From the IMG/VR virus record IMGVR_UViG_3300046808_001035: DNA of 64,000 nt; one strand, given 5' to 3'. Both the position numbers and the translations under genes were made by a program. The stretch is from a virus. Each line of letters opens with the position of its first letter. The first letter of the stretch is position 1. Below the pieces are notes generated by a model that saw only the letters and a list, made by a program, of their open reading frames with translations, was not told the origin of the DNA and did not search any database. Below, piece after piece: positions 36,643 through 47,121 of the stretch.

Positions 36643-37923
36643 ATGTTACTAAATAGCTTCAACAGTAAAATCAACCTACCTAGCGTGGTGTCTAAGCTAG
36701 GAATGAATACTTCCGAGTATGACTTCGTTAAAGTACCTTTGTTTGGGTGGTACGCACGCTCTAAGCAGACAGACTTTGTCGGTAATATATTTGATTTCTT
36801 TCATGTCTCAGATTGGAAGACCTTATACGGTACAATCTGTAGAGACTTCTCAGACTGCTTTGATTTTAAGCTGCCTTATAGCGAGTATGCTGAAAAGGCC
36901 TTATATAAAGATCAAACTAGGATTATGCAATTTCAGTCTCTCTGGTTACTAAGCCTACAGGAGGCTTTGACTGCGAGGGCTAGGTTAAAAGATAAAATCA
37001 TGTATTTTAAAGAGATTGCTGAGGAAGCTGGAATGCCTCAGCTTATAAATAATAAGATTGGTTATATGACTGAGAAAGTGGTGAGCTTATTTCCTAAGCT
37101 TAACCTAGAAAATAAGTATAGGTACAAAAAGACAATACTCATTCCTTCGTTCTGCTCTCCGAAGCATATATGCTCGCTCGAAGTGGCTAAGCTATACGAC
37201 ATCAATCAGCGAGAGCTTGTGTTTATGAATGGTGAGTATGGCTGGTATGGGGTGCAAGGACAGGAGGTTGTTCGAGACTTGAATGAGTTGAAGATTAAGC
37301 TTGGCAATACCTGGAATTATAAAAATGACTATTGGAATAGTTCGACCATCAAGCTTTCTGAAATGGTCAATACAGAGCAGCTTATCAAAATCTGGAGCGA
37401 GGCAAAAAATTCTAAGTTTGAACAAGACCTGATGCAGCTTCTTATTGGTAAGCAAGGACATGATGAACTAAAGAACCATGTAGGAATGCTGAACTATCAG
37501 CAGGTTCAAGAGCTAGAAAAGAACAGCGGACAACCGCTCATGGACTCTTGGATGAAAGGTAGAGAAGAGCAATTCACTGTTCAAGGTAGAACATATGTGA
37601 AAAGAGATAAAGCTTATTACTTACTTAAAAAAGGCGAGGAAGAACAGCTTACTAATTTTACTATCGACGTTCTCGAAATACGTAAAAAAAATGAAGATGA
37701 GTTTGTGTGGTGCGGTATGGTTTACTTCGAACAGGCTGCCGTGCCTTTCGAGCTCGAGGACAAATATTTGTTATCCTGTCACCTGTTCACTAAAGGACTC
37801 AGAAAGATGTTTCTGAACCTAGGTCTAGGTATTCCGTTTATCAACGAGAAGTATGTTAGGCAACTTATGACGATGATCCAGCTTACATGCCATAACGTAA
37901 AGATTGTAAAAACCGATAGCTAA
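36643..37923 (+). CDS. Hypothetical protein
   Basis: 426-aa ORF divergent from 36624. Confidence 0.8.
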   Translation: MLLNSFNSKINLPSVVSKLGMNTSEYDFVKVPLFGWYARSKQTDFVGNIFDFFHVSDWKTLYGTICRDFSDCFDFKLPYSEYAEKALYKDQTRIMQFQSLWLLSLQEALTARARLKDKIMYFKEIAEEAGMPQLINNKIGYMTEKVVSLFPKLNLENKYRYKKTILIPSFCSPKHICSLEVAKLYDINQRELVFMNGEYGWYGVQGQEVVRDLNELKIKLGNTWNYKNDYWNSSTIKLSEMVNTEQLIKIWSEAKNSKFEQDLMQLLIGKQGHDELKNHVGMLNYQQVQELEKNSGQPLMDSWMKGREEQFTVQGRTYVKRDKAYYLLKKGEEEQLTNFTIDVLEIRKKNEDEFVWCGMVYFEQAAVPFELEDKYLLSCHLFTKGLRKMFLNLGLGIPFINEKYVRQLMTMIQLTCHNVKIVKTDS

Positions 37924-37946
37924 AAACAAAGAAGTGTTTAGGGATG

Positions 37947-37976
37947 CCTCTGCTCGACCACCCAGCCGAGCAGAGG
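37947..37976. terminator. Stem-loop between convergent CDS and tmRNA
   Basis: 10-bp inverted repeat CCTCTGCTCG/CGAGCAGAGG. Confidence 0.6.
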
Positions 37977-37999
37977 ACTTAACCCCAACCACCGAAAAA

Positions 38000-38405
38000 G
38001 GTGGACCCGAGGGGAGTCGAACCCCTGTCTCAAGTAATCTATTAACAGATACCTCTACACGCTTAGTATTATTTGATATCGCGGTTATCGTGGCAATACC
38101 TCCAACCGTTCGGCCTATAAGTGACCGACTCTTGCTGCAGGGTTCTACAAGGCTTTACAGTCTAGCCTCAACCTATTGCGGTTTCCTAGAGTTTTAATAG
38201 TATCCGCTCCAGGTAGACTAAGCAGCGAGGGCTTCAGCCGCCTCAAACTCAAAAGAGTTCAAGAGCGCGTCAGCTTCAGCTACCGTCATAGCATACGAAT
38301 TGTCGTTTGCTTTTATTGTTTGTCCAGATGTTTTAGCGAGGCCAACCAGACTTCCTCGGCGTGCAGTACCTGATTTCAACTCTTGATCGAAACCAGTACG
38401 GGCCC
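38000..38405 (-). ncRNA. ssrA: tmRNA
   Basis: 5' GGGCCCGTACTGGTTTCGA, 3' GACAGGGGTTCGACTCCCCTCGGGTCCACC with G3.U Ala determinant; tag frame 38310-38218 ANDNSY...EALAA-stop. Confidence 0.93.
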
Positions 38406-38466
38406 AAATAAAACGTATTTGCCGGAACAAACACGCTGCTAATAGCGATTTAAGGCTATGCAAGTT

Positions 38467-38496
38467 ATTATACCACAATAACGCAAAAATTCGCAA
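38467..38496 (-). promoter_or_regulatory. Sigma-70-type promoter for tmRNA
   Basis: TTGCGA-18nt-TATAAT with extended TG. Confidence 0.7.
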
Positions 38497-38497
38497 A

Positions 38498-39199
38498 TTA
38501 TTGTGTGCCGAACATTTCGTTTACTACGTCAGATCTTGCAGGCCTTCCTATAGTGTCTGGAGCATTAGGCCATGTGGTGTCCAGGTTATTGCGTAGCTGT
38601 TGGGCGGCTCCAGGTTGTCTAGATTCTGCGGCTGGAGAAAAGTTACTGTAGTCTATATTAAAAACAGTCTGCAGTATCACATACTGCCTATCAAATTTAC
38701 CTGCTCCTTTTCCTAGTTTTTCTTTTAAGAGTATGTGGAGATAATATGAACCCGCTAAAAGTTTAGAAGTAGCTGCAGAGGGTATCCAAACTTCAAAGTA
38801 GCCTGGACGTGTTCTGTCTTCGTATACACCGTTATCTAAAATGCCGTGCCAGGCAGCTACAGGAGCCCTAGGAGAGCTTTTGACTATAGCCTGGACGTCA
38901 TAGTCATCACTAGTAACATAACCTCCGTTGTATCTAATTACTGTATCGTAAATAACATCTTCCCCTTGATAGAAGACATCAGGGTTGCGGGAGGTTCTTT
39001 CAAACGGAATGCCTGGAATACCGTCTAGTATTAGAGAATGGATTGGAGGTAATTCTTTTGCGCCGTTCCTAGCTCGAATCTCGGATACCTGCAGCGACGC
39101 AAGACCGTCAAGCACAGCCTTATATACTTGTTGACTATTTCCGTTACTGGCAGGGGCAAAAAATTGAGCTATTTCTTCATCGGCCATAATTAAATACAA
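38498..39199 (-). CDS. Hypothetical virion structural protein
   Basis: 233 aa at end of tail gene block; beta-rich, T..L.AG.YY pattern as in BppU-like Ig domains. Confidence 0.6.
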   Translation of the reverse strand: MYLIMADEEIAQFFAPASNGNSQQVYKAVLDGLASLQVSEIRARNGAKELPPIHSLILDGIPGIPFERTSRNPDVFYQGEDVIYDTVIRYNGGYVTSDDYDVQAIVKSSPRAPVAAWHGILDNGVYEDRTRPGYFEVWIPSAATSKLLAGSYYLHILLKEKLGKGAGKFDRQYVILQTVFNIDYSNFSPAAESRQPGAAQQLRNNLDTTWPNAPDTIGRPARSDVVNEMFGTQ

Positions 39200-39513
39200 A
39201 TAAGCGAGAGTTTACCTTCTTCCCGCTTATAATAGCACAATTCGGTTAATCCTAAAACATTTTTAATATCTGTAAAGTCCGAAGAACTGAGCGAAGACAG
39301 CACTGACTCGGTAACCTGCTTATTAACATCTGGTGTTGTAAAATTTTTCTTTGCTCCACAATTGCAAGATTTTTTAGGGGCTTCACTTAGGCTCATCGCT
39401 GTAATCTGAGCTAGTTTAGGAATCTTATCAATAATTGCAGGGTTGTTTTTAGCTAGGGTGATAACTTGATTCACACTAGTCAATACTAGGCGCTTTGAAC
39501 TTGAAGGTTTCAT
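39190..39513 (-). CDS. Hypothetical protein (CNC motif)
   Basis: 107-aa ORF. Confidence 0.65.
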   Translation of the reverse strand: MKPSSSKRLVLTSVNQVITLAKNNPAIIDKIPKLAQITAMSLSEAPKKSCNCGAKKNFTTPDVNKQVTESVLSSLSSSDFTDIKNVLGLTELCYYKREEGKLSLICI

Positions 39514-39516
39514 TAT

Positions 39517-40446
39517 TTATATTTGCGGAATAACGTTTATTGGTGCGCAGATATCTGTGGCTTGGAAATTAAGCCCCACAAACAGCGTGTGATCGTTGGA
39601 TTTTTCAGCTTGGTTAGAGCTGGATACAGGATCATAGAAGTCTGTAGATATTGCTGACCCTTTAGTTATATTTATGTTGGTACCTGCCGTCAACCTAAAA
39701 TTACCTGAAGCATCAGGAGGAACACCGTTGATATACGACACCATGTCTTTACAGTTCAAATACTCTTGAGGAATGAAAGAGGTGGCGCAGTTCATGATTA
39801 ATCCATACCTATAACCTATCTCAAGGTCTATTTTTTCCTTAGCTACAGCTACTCTAAAATTGTATCCCTCAAGAAAAGCGATGTCTCCGTGTATTACGGT
39901 ATGTGAAGGCACATCTTCTAGAGGTAGACTCGGCTCATATATTCTATACTCTTCAACCAAGAGTGGGCTATAGCTAACTTTTTCTGGACTGGTGATAAAA
40001 CTATTTACTCCCAGCCATGCTCCATTAAACTGCGCATACGTAGATGGCTCTATCGGGATGTCTGTAGTTATTTTTAAGCCTGGAGGGGCCTCGGTCAAAA
40101 AAGATAGTACTCCAGAGCCAAACACGGCTAGATTTCCGTCTGGTGTTCTAAGGTAGAAGGGATAGCTTTGTGTAGCTGGAGACAATATTTCAAACGAAGC
40201 TACTTGTGTAGAGGAAATAGAGAAAGCGACAATCACGCTACCAGAGCTTGTGTGCTCTATAGAACTCAGCCTCGCTATTGTCGAGTTATCTAGGTTAAAA
40301 CTCTTTACTGTGATCTGCAGATCTAAAATAAAATCGTCTGGCAATACCCAAGATCTGCCAGCAATTAAAAAAGTTCTATCAGTGTCGTTGAGTAGAGGAA
40401 AAGCTCGTAGCTCGTTCTCATTTAACCAGTCAAGTACCTGTTCCAT
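39517..40446 (-). CDS. Tail/baseplate-associated protein, W.N.N..R.(Y/F)P family
   Basis: WLNENELRAFPL N-terminus, C...YINGVPPDASGNF. Confidence 0.65.
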   Translation of the reverse strand: MEQVLDWLNENELRAFPLLNDTDRTFLIAGRSWVLPDDFILDLQITVKSFNLDNSTIARLSSIEHTSSGSVIVAFSISSTQVASFEILSPATQSYPFYLRTPDGNLAVFGSGVLSFLTEAPPGLKITTDIPIEPSTYAQFNGAWLGVNSFITSPEKVSYSPLLVEEYRIYEPSLPLEDVPSHTVIHGDIAFLEGYNFRVAVAKEKIDLEIGYRYGLIMNCATSFIPQEYLNCKDMVSYINGVPPDASGNFRLTAGTNINITKGSAISTDFYDPVSSSNQAEKSNDHTLFVGLNFQATDICAPINVIPQI

Positions 40447-40454
40447 AGTTTAAA

Positions 40455-41183
40455 TTAGGCTATCAGTGTGGGTAAAGTGAACGAAGCTGTCTTATTACCA
40501 ACTACCAAAGAAATATCTAGTGCAGCCGCATTGACTGGTGTTATTTTTATAATGTCGTTAGATGCTAAATTTATATTATTGTTTAGCGGTTTAACGAGGT
40601 TAATTTGCTTTAAGCCTTCAGCAAGACCTGCAGAAATGTCCTCATTAACTGAATGCCCAGCTACAGCATTAAAAGTAATTGAGTTTAAATCTTCTGAAAC
40701 GTTATAGAATATAGCTCGGTCTTCAGAAGCTCTACCTAGTGAAATGTCTCCATACATCGAATCAAACAAGTATACCGCATCCTTAAACGGTATACTGCGT
40801 ACGGTTGTAGCGCTAAATTTACGATTAAACGATAGTCGCTGACCTTTAGATTGTTGCCATAGTAGTTGCGCGCCTGCTCCAAAAACCACAGTACCTAGAT
40901 AACGGTTGTTGATGGGTTGGTGTAATCTAACACTTCTATAGGCTTCCCCAGAGTCGTACTGATCTTTTAGAAAAGCGACGTTCGCTAGTACACCAAAGTC
41001 AAAAGTAAAAGACAGAACAATCTTATCATTGTCTATGTAGCAAGAGTTCAGTGCAGGTACGAAATGATCGAATTGAATGAACTGAGCGTCTACTATAAAA
41101 TCTTGAGGCTCGAGGTCCTCATCAAAAGGATAGCTCGACAGTGCGTTTTCATTTTGCCAATTAAGTGGATTATATGTAGCCAT
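40455..41183 (-). CDS. Tail/baseplate-associated protein, same paralog family
   Basis: WQNENALSSYPF N-terminus, LKQINLVKP. Confidence 0.65.
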   Translation of the reverse strand: MATYNPLNWQNENALSSYPFDEDLEPQDFIVDAQFIQFDHFVPALNSCYIDNDKIVLSFTFDFGVLANVAFLKDQYDSGEAYRSVRLHQPINNRYLGTVVFGAGAQLLWQQSKGQRLSFNRKFSATTVRSIPFKDAVYLFDSMYGDISLGRASEDRAIFYNVSEDLNSITFNAVAGHSVNEDISAGLAEGLKQINLVKPLNNNINLASNDIIKITPVNAAALDISLVVGNKTASFTLPTLIA

Positions 41184-41186
41184 ACA

Positions 41187-42248
41187 CTAGTCTTTTGGTT
41201 GAGGCCAGTATTTCTCATTAGCATAATACTCTGGTTTAGCAAACTGAGGCCAGAAATAAAACTCAGGAACTCTAGCTAGATTGAAGCTGCCTGCTGCGCG
41301 GGGAGGTCTTTCTAGCGGATAGTTGGGAGATGCTTCCTGATAGTCTTCAGGATACTTCGGCAGGTCTGATTTGTTGTAATACAGGTCTTTATATTCGACG
41401 CTATCTAAAGTGAACCCAGACACATCTACAGGAGGAAGTAGTTTATGCTTTTGAGTACATAGACTATCTAGGGTTACGTCTCCAGTATTCACACCTATAG
41501 ATCCATCCTCTCCAGGGACGCCATAAAAAATGATAGGCTTCACACCTACGATATAAATATTGCCATCGTTCACAGGACTGCCTACACCTGCAGGAAATGG
41601 AAGTACGCCATTAATGTTTTTTATCACAGGGTTATCACAATTATTCAAGTAAGACGACTTGTCTCCAGGATTAAAGATAGTTTCAGGCGCAGATGCCTGA
41701 AGTTTGACATTCCTGCCCAGCTCATTAGTGTCTTTAGTTACGTTTGTCAGTACACCAAATTCTACAGCCCCTCGCAGCTCATTATTGCGCTTATCTCTAA
41801 TACTGGTTACTGCTGGAGGCGTGTAGCAAAAAACTACGCTCTCCTCAAACTCTGCATTGTTACGACTAAACATAAGAGGCTCTATAATGTCTTCAAGTGC
41901 TTGTGAGTTAAACACAGTCAACGAACCTGAAACAAACCTCACATAAGATTCGAGCTGTAGTATAGTGAAACTGTCGCTGGTAAGCTCTCCTGAAAAAGTT
42001 CCCAACACCTCATCAGAATCTTCGCTATCTCCAGAGATAGCAGCAATTGTAACATAGATCCTGCCAGCTTTAAAAAAAAGCTGACGCATATAAATTCTAT
42101 GCTTACCGTACGTAGAAGTAATCGCTGCTCCTGTAAAAATATCGTCAGGTATGTTATGCCCCGACACACTACGCAAAGAAGAAGATTGCTTGAAAGGGTA
42201 TTTTCTATACTGATTTTTGTTATTACGGTTTAAGCCTAAAATAGCCAT
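41187..42248 (-). CDS. Tail/baseplate-associated protein, same paralog family
   Basis: Start re-assigned to MAILGLNRNNKNQYRKYPF (ATG 42248); IKNINGVLP...GNI. Confidence 0.65.
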   Translation of the reverse strand: MAILGLNRNNKNQYRKYPFKQSSSLRSVSGHNIPDDIFTGAAITSTYGKHRIYMRQLFFKAGRIYVTIAAISGDSEDSDEVLGTFSGELTSDSFTILQLESYVRFVSGSLTVFNSQALEDIIEPLMFSRNNAEFEESVVFCYTPPAVTSIRDKRNNELRGAVEFGVLTNVTKDTNELGRNVKLQASAPETIFNPGDKSSYLNNCDNPVIKNINGVLPFPAGVGSPVNDGNIYIVGVKPIIFYGVPGEDGSIGVNTGDVTLDSLCTQKHKLLPPVDVSGFTLDSVEYKDLYYNKSDLPKYPEDYQEASPNYPLERPPRAAGSFNLARVPEFYFWPQFAKPEYYANEKYWPQPKD

Positions 42249-42285
42249 AGTTGTATTTTTTATTAAACTTCTTCTGAGCTGTAGA

Positions 42286-45200
42286 TTAAGTCTGCTTATT
42301 AAAGTAATCCGGATACCTGGCTCGGAATGCTGATAGTTGTGCAGCTGTGGGCGGCTGAAAAGGTGTAGGCGTCCAATAGCCGTCCCAGGCGTATGGGGCG
42401 GCTGGAGCTCCACTCCAATTATAATTTACTTTAGGTGCTTCTACACTTACTCGACCCGAAGATAATGGAGGAGAAGCATAGAACTCTGTACCTAACGTAT
42501 GCATCGTGTTTAAATAATAAGGAACTATCGGTCCAATGTTCAGTGTAGGTATACCGAACTCAGGTTCGATGTCCATGCAAGTAATAAACTCTAATTGCCG
42601 TGGGTCTATAGCTCCTTCAACAGTTTTCAGCTTCGGCCAATCCCTATCGAATAGTGTCATACTGAGCAGCGCTCTGTTTGGGCCGTATACATCCTCGAGC
42701 ATAAGTGATTGGTGTCTCCATACGTCAGGAAACGCGGGTGTGCTGCGTAAGGTGTCGTAAATATGATATGCTCCGTGATTAAACTCTGTTAAGCGCTCAT
42801 TGCCTAGCTCGTCAAATGTGTTAGTTCCGAATCCTCCAATACTATCTATCATCGATTTATTGTACCTAGCAAACCAACGCCACTGCAGATCGTTTTCTCC
42901 TCGAAAACGCCAGCCTAGAAAAACATTAGATGGTAGTCTGTACACTTCAATATCGTATGATAAATTCATACCAGGAAGCCCTCCCAGCGCCTTTAGTCTT
43001 AGCTCGAACTCTGCTGTAGACCTGGACAGCGGAGCAACACGTACCCCGAACCCGCCTGCAGTAAAATATGTAGGTCCTGGCGGAACATCAGCCGGTACAT
43101 AAAATTCTTCTGTTAGCGGTAGGCCTATGGCTGGGTCTATGACAGTTAGGTATCCGCTGGAGTATTGCTTTTCACTAAGATACTTGAGATGTAATGGTCT
43201 TACTGGGCGAGGCATGCATGCCCACCAGCAAGGTTGCATCGGGAACGGGACGGTTGCCTTTTGATTTAGGTCTGTGTGTAAGGTTATAGTTTGGCTGGGG
43301 TGCGTAACTCCAGAACTATCTTTTGCGGCTAGAGTTAATTTAACCTCGTCTCCCGCACCAAACCCCATAATACGAATAGAGAGCATTTGCTTGCCTCCAG
43401 CTATAGGCTCACCCTCAAAAGGTAATCCTAGCGACGAAATATTTGTTGCTCTATTTGGTACAAAAGTTCTACACCATATATCGTATATGCAAGGCTTTAA
43501 CTGCCTACCGAAAAGCTCGGGATCGGGCGCAGGTAAGGTACCTACAGAAAACCCTCGACCATACACGGTGTGCTCGTAAGGATAATAGTCTTTGTTTATA
43601 GGTAGAGTTACTTCTTGTGTTATTGTAGAGGTGTCCCTGAAGCCGTCCGGTGTGTTGTATCCGGTGGGCCTATGCTCTAGCTTGTAATATATTTCTGTAT
43701 TTTTAGTGTCAACATACAGCTCAACAATTGAACATAAATACATTGTGTTGTCGTTATAGTACGCGCGAGAAGGAAGCACCGTAGGGCAGGAGCTGTTTAT
43801 TATTGTGATTCCTTTGTATCCTGCAGGTGGAGTTGATCCTGGGGGTGGCGCAGTGACTAGCTGTGGTCTGGCGACTACATAGTCAGTCGTTACCGTATAT
43901 GGAGCACTTGTAAAATAGTCGTTGTAGGCTACAAAAGTCATCTGGCAGTTCGCTACAAAGTCAGGCAATGTCGCACTGTCTGGTGTGAATGTGAAACTGC
44001 CTGCTGGAGTCATAGATGTTCTTACTGACAGGTCTTTTGCTTTTATACTGAATCTATCAAACACTGTAACAGTCCTAGATGTGTTGGCTATGGTATAGGT
44101 TACATCTACTTTCGTCACCAAGGACTGCATTCGTGCCAAGTTAGTTCCTATATAAGTGTTACTGGGGTTATTAGGGAGCTTGAGAGTAAATAGCTGTTTA
44201 TAAAAAAAGCCAGCTTGTTCTGCGCGTGTTAACTGTACCCAGTCTGAAGGCATTGTCACGGAACTGGGAGCTATATAGTGCATTATTGAGTTGGCTAATC
44301 CGACTCCTGAGCTCGGGGTTACAACCTCTCCAGATGATGCTCCAAAATTAATCGCACTTAGTGATAAGTGTACAACGTCACCATAGTTAAATGTGTGAGG
44401 TAATTGATAAGTTACTAGCCCTGGTGTTGCAGGCGCTGGAATATAAAATTTAGATGGTAACAAACTATCGATTGTATATTCGTAGTGCGTAACAGGTGAA
44501 CCGCCGTTGTTAAGTGGAGGATTAAAGGTTAATATTAGCTGTGTAGGATTGCCTGGAGCAGCGGCTAAACTCAATGCGCCTGTGGGTGCAGGTGCAGTTA
44601 TCGGAAAAGCGGTGACCCTATTAGATACACGCCAGCCTCCAGCAGCATTAATTGCTCTTATTACTACGTTCGCTGAAGCCCCATTACTCTTGGGGGTCGC
44701 TAATAGTATATAATTGTCAATGACTGCAGATGTGCTGTTTTGCCAGGTGGTGCCGCCATCTACTGTATAGTCGTAGCTGATTATTGGAGAGCCTCCGTTT
44801 GAAGCTGGTGGTGTAAAGTGTACTGTAGCTGTTGCTAGTTTTGTAGAGTCTACAACTACTTGTGTGATTGTGGGCTCTGAAGGTACAGTGTAAGGAGTGG
44901 CTGAAACAGCTGCTGAAGGACTTCCCATGCTTCTGAGGTTTTCAGCCTTCAGTAACACAGAGTAACTTTGACCATTAACTAGATTAGATATGGTGATGGG
45001 GTTAGCTGCAGCTGTGGGGGCATTTGATAGCTCTATGTAGTTTGTGCCTCCATCTATAGAGTAGTGATATTTTATTATCTGTGAGCCTCCGTCAGAAAGA
45101 GGGGGATTAAAATAAACTTTAAGCTCTCCTCCTCCACCCAGCCATCCTGCACCACGCTGAATGGAAGTGATTACAGGTGCCGACGGTTGTCCTGATATCC

Positions 45201-47121
45201 CTGGAGCTGTGTTAGAAGCTGCTCCAATCCCTGACGGATTGATTGCGCGTACCGTTATGTTATATAGCGTGTCGTTAAGTGTGCCTGTGATGGTTATGGG
45301 GCTAGTTGTTACTCCACTAGACACGTAAGGAGCGCCGTTCAATGAGTACTCATAATCAAGGATAACTCCTCCTGGCACCACTGGCTGCGAAAACTGAACA
45401 ACTAGTGAGTTATTTAGACCTGACACAGAGAATATTGTCGGCGCTGTGGGAGCTTCTCCACCAGTAATCACATTAACAGGGTCCGATTCCTTGGCGTAGT
45501 CTTGGCCGTTGACGCCCTTAAGCCTAACCTTGTATGGAGTTCCTGGGGTTAGTCCTGTTACAGTTATAATGTTATTTGTAGCCTGCACTGTCGAGCTATA
45601 CGTAAACCCATCATCTAAAGAATACTGATAGCCTGTAGCCGGAATGGTCCCTGGTCTGGAGGGTGGAGTAAAATTTATAAGTATACTGGTAGAGCTTAGA
45701 ACATCTACAGTTACGTTTGTGGGTGCGTCCAACGGAGGTCCGTCAGGGTCATTAGTGTATATCCACGCTTCTGAAAGCTGCCCTTGTCCTACAGAATTAA
45801 CAGCGGCAGCAGCCACAGGTACATAAACCATGGTTGATGAACCTTGCGGAATTTCGTATATATCATAAGCCATATCAAATATTCGGATAGCTCCCTGTCT
45901 CGTACCGTCGTTGGGATTTGGCTCGAATATAATAGCTGCTCTATAAGACCTCAGGTCAGTAGTAGGCGGATTGTACCAAGTACCTTCATCCACTAATTCA
46001 ATATTGCTGGTTGTAGAATCGTCAATAGATGCGACAACATGTGTAATAGGAGACCCTCCATCGTCTTGAGCCAAAAAGGTTATGTAAAAATTTGGTGACT
46101 CTCTGCCTAGGTCTGGCGCACTATAATGAAAATCTACGTGCGTAATTTTAAGCGGTTCTGGAGCTGTTTTTAGTGTTGTGCCTAAAGCTATGGCTGAAGC
46201 TGCTCCTGCGCCGCCTGCGTTGATTGCGCGCATTTGCACTCTATATTCTTTGTTACTTGCGAGACCAGAGATTATCAGAGGACTTGATAGGTCTGCCTCA
46301 GGACTGCGAGTTTTCCATCTATTTGAATTGAGTTTATACTGGTATCTTGTGACTGGATACCCGTTGGTTTTGGTCGGTGGAGTAAAATCTAAAGTTAGCT
46401 GCTTTACACCTGAGGTTACCTGCGTGATTCGTGGAGCGGATGGAGTTAAGCCTTCTGAAGGAATTCCCTCCACTACGTTAGACGGCTCTCCGGTACCTAC
46501 CTCATTAACAGCATACAAAATAACAGAATACTTTGTACCATTAGTTAAATTCTCTATGTCTATAGGACTTTCAGTGCTATCGTAAGTTAACTTAGTGGCT
46601 CCGTTATTTATAGAATATTTGTAGCCAGTGATAGGCTTGCCTCCGTCGACTGCGGGAGGAGTAAACGCTACAGTTAAAGACGAATTGCCTGCCGATACGT
46701 TAGTGATTGTTGGGGCAAATGGAGCCTCAAAATTAGGCACACCCGAAAGTTCTACAGACTCTTGACCTCCTCCATGTTGTGTTTCTGTGCGTATTTTAAG
46801 TCTATAGCTTGTTAAATTAGTAAGTCCTCCTATCACTATAGGACTAGTTGTTTTTGCTGGAGATAAAGACACCCACGCTCTTGTATCGTTGGTGTTAGCC
46901 TCCCATATCATATAGCTGTAATTCACTATAGGGGATCCTCCTGGGGCTTCTGGAGGAGTAAATTTAACTACCAACCGCTCGTTTCCTGAAACAACTGACG
47001 CTCCTGTAGGAGCTGCGGTTGTGCCTGGGATACCTGCTGCAGGTAGAGATGGCTGGCTTACATCCCCAGATTCGTACACAGCCACGATTTTAACGTTATA
47101 TGGTGTCCCGTTGTTGAGCAT
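42286..47121 (-). CDS. Giant fibronectin type III repeat protein with unique C-terminal region (tail fibre/adhesin, distal part)
   Basis: Tandem P.AP.IT.V..G...L.V.F.PP..DGG.PI..Y.YS.....I.GL.NG..Y.V...A.N..G.G repeats, then ~650 aa non-repetitive. Confidence 0.85.
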   Translation of the reverse strand: MLNNGTPYNVKIVAVYESGDVSQPSLPAAGIPGTTAAPTGASVVSGNERLVVKFTPPEAPGGSPIVNYSYMIWEANTNDTRAWVSLSPAKTTSPIVIGGLTNLTSYRLKIRTETQHGGGQESVELSGVPNFEAPFAPTITNVSAGNSSLTVAFTPPAVDGGKPITGYKYSINNGATKLTYDSTESPIDIENLTNGTKYSVILYAVNEVGTGEPSNVVEGIPSEGLTPSAPRITQVTSGVKQLTLDFTPPTKTNGYPVTRYQYKLNSNRWKTRSPEADLSSPLIISGLASNKEYRVQMRAINAGGAGAASAIALGTTLKTAPEPLKITHVDFHYSAPDLGRESPNFYITFLAQDDGGSPITHVVASIDDSTTSNIELVDEGTWYNPPTTDLRSYRAAIIFEPNPNDGTRQGAIRIFDMAYDIYEIPQGSSTMVYVPVAAAAVNSVGQGQLSEAWIYTNDPDGPPLDAPTNVTVDVLSSTSILINFTPPSRPGTIPATGYQYSLDDGFTYSSTVQATNNIITVTGLTPGTPYKVRLKGVNGQDYAKESDPVNVITGGEAPTAPTIFSVSGLNNSLVVQFSQPVVPGGVILDYEYSLNGAPYVSSGVTTSPITITGTLNDTLYNITVRAINPSGIGAASNTAPGISGQPSAPVITSIQRGAGWLGGGGELKVYFNPPLSDGGSQIIKYHYSIDGGTNYIELSNAPTAAANPITISNLVNGQSYSVLLKAENLRSMGSPSAAVSATPYTVPSEPTITQVVVDSTKLATATVHFTPPASNGGSPIISYDYTVDGGTTWQNSTSAVIDNYILLATPKSNGASANVVIRAINAAGGWRVSNRVTAFPITAPAPTGALSLAAAPGNPTQLILTFNPPLNNGGSPVTHYEYTIDSLLPSKFYIPAPATPGLVTYQLPHTFNYGDVVHLSLSAINFGASSGEVVTPSSGVGLANSIMHYIAPSSVTMPSDWVQLTRAEQAGFFYKQLFTLKLPNNPSNTYIGTNLARMQSLVTKVDVTYTIANTSRTVTVFDRFSIKAKDLSVRTSMTPAGSFTFTPDSATLPDFVANCQMTFVAYNDYFTSAPYTVTTDYVVARPQLVTAPPPGSTPPAGYKGITIINSSCPTVLPSRAYYNDNTMYLCSIVELYVDTKNTEIYYKLEHRPTGYNTPDGFRDTSTITQEVTLPINKDYYPYEHTVYGRGFSVGTLPAPDPELFGRQLKPCIYDIWCRTFVPNRATNISSLGLPFEGEPIAGGKQMLSIRIMGFGAGDEVKLTLAAKDSSGVTHPSQTITLHTDLNQKATVPFPMQPCWWACMPRPVRPLHLKYLSEKQYSSGYLTVIDPAIGLPLTEEFYVPADVPPGPTYFTAGGFGVRVAPLSRSTAEFELRLKALGGLPGMNLSYDIEVYRLPSNVFLGWRFRGENDLQWRWFARYNKSMIDSIGGFGTNTFDELGNERLTEFNHGAYHIYDTLRSTPAFPDVWRHQSLMLEDVYGPNRALLSMTLFDRDWPKLKTVEGAIDPRQLEFITCMDIEPEFGIPTLNIGPIVPYYLNTMHTLGTEFYASPPLSSGRVSVEAPKVNYNWSGAPAAPYAWDGYWTPTPFQPPTAAQLSAFRARYPDYFNKQT

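Noticed and set aside
37934-38197. 87-aa plus-strand ORF
   Set aside because: Antisense to the tmRNA 3' half.
38218-38496. 92-aa ORF ending EALAA as a protein gene
   Set aside because: It spans the tmRNA promoter, 5' domain and tag frame; only the tag portion is meaningful.
42249-42413. N-terminal extension of the 408-aa ORF
   Set aside because: Overlaps the upstream gene's 3' end; the paralog family motif places the start at 42248.
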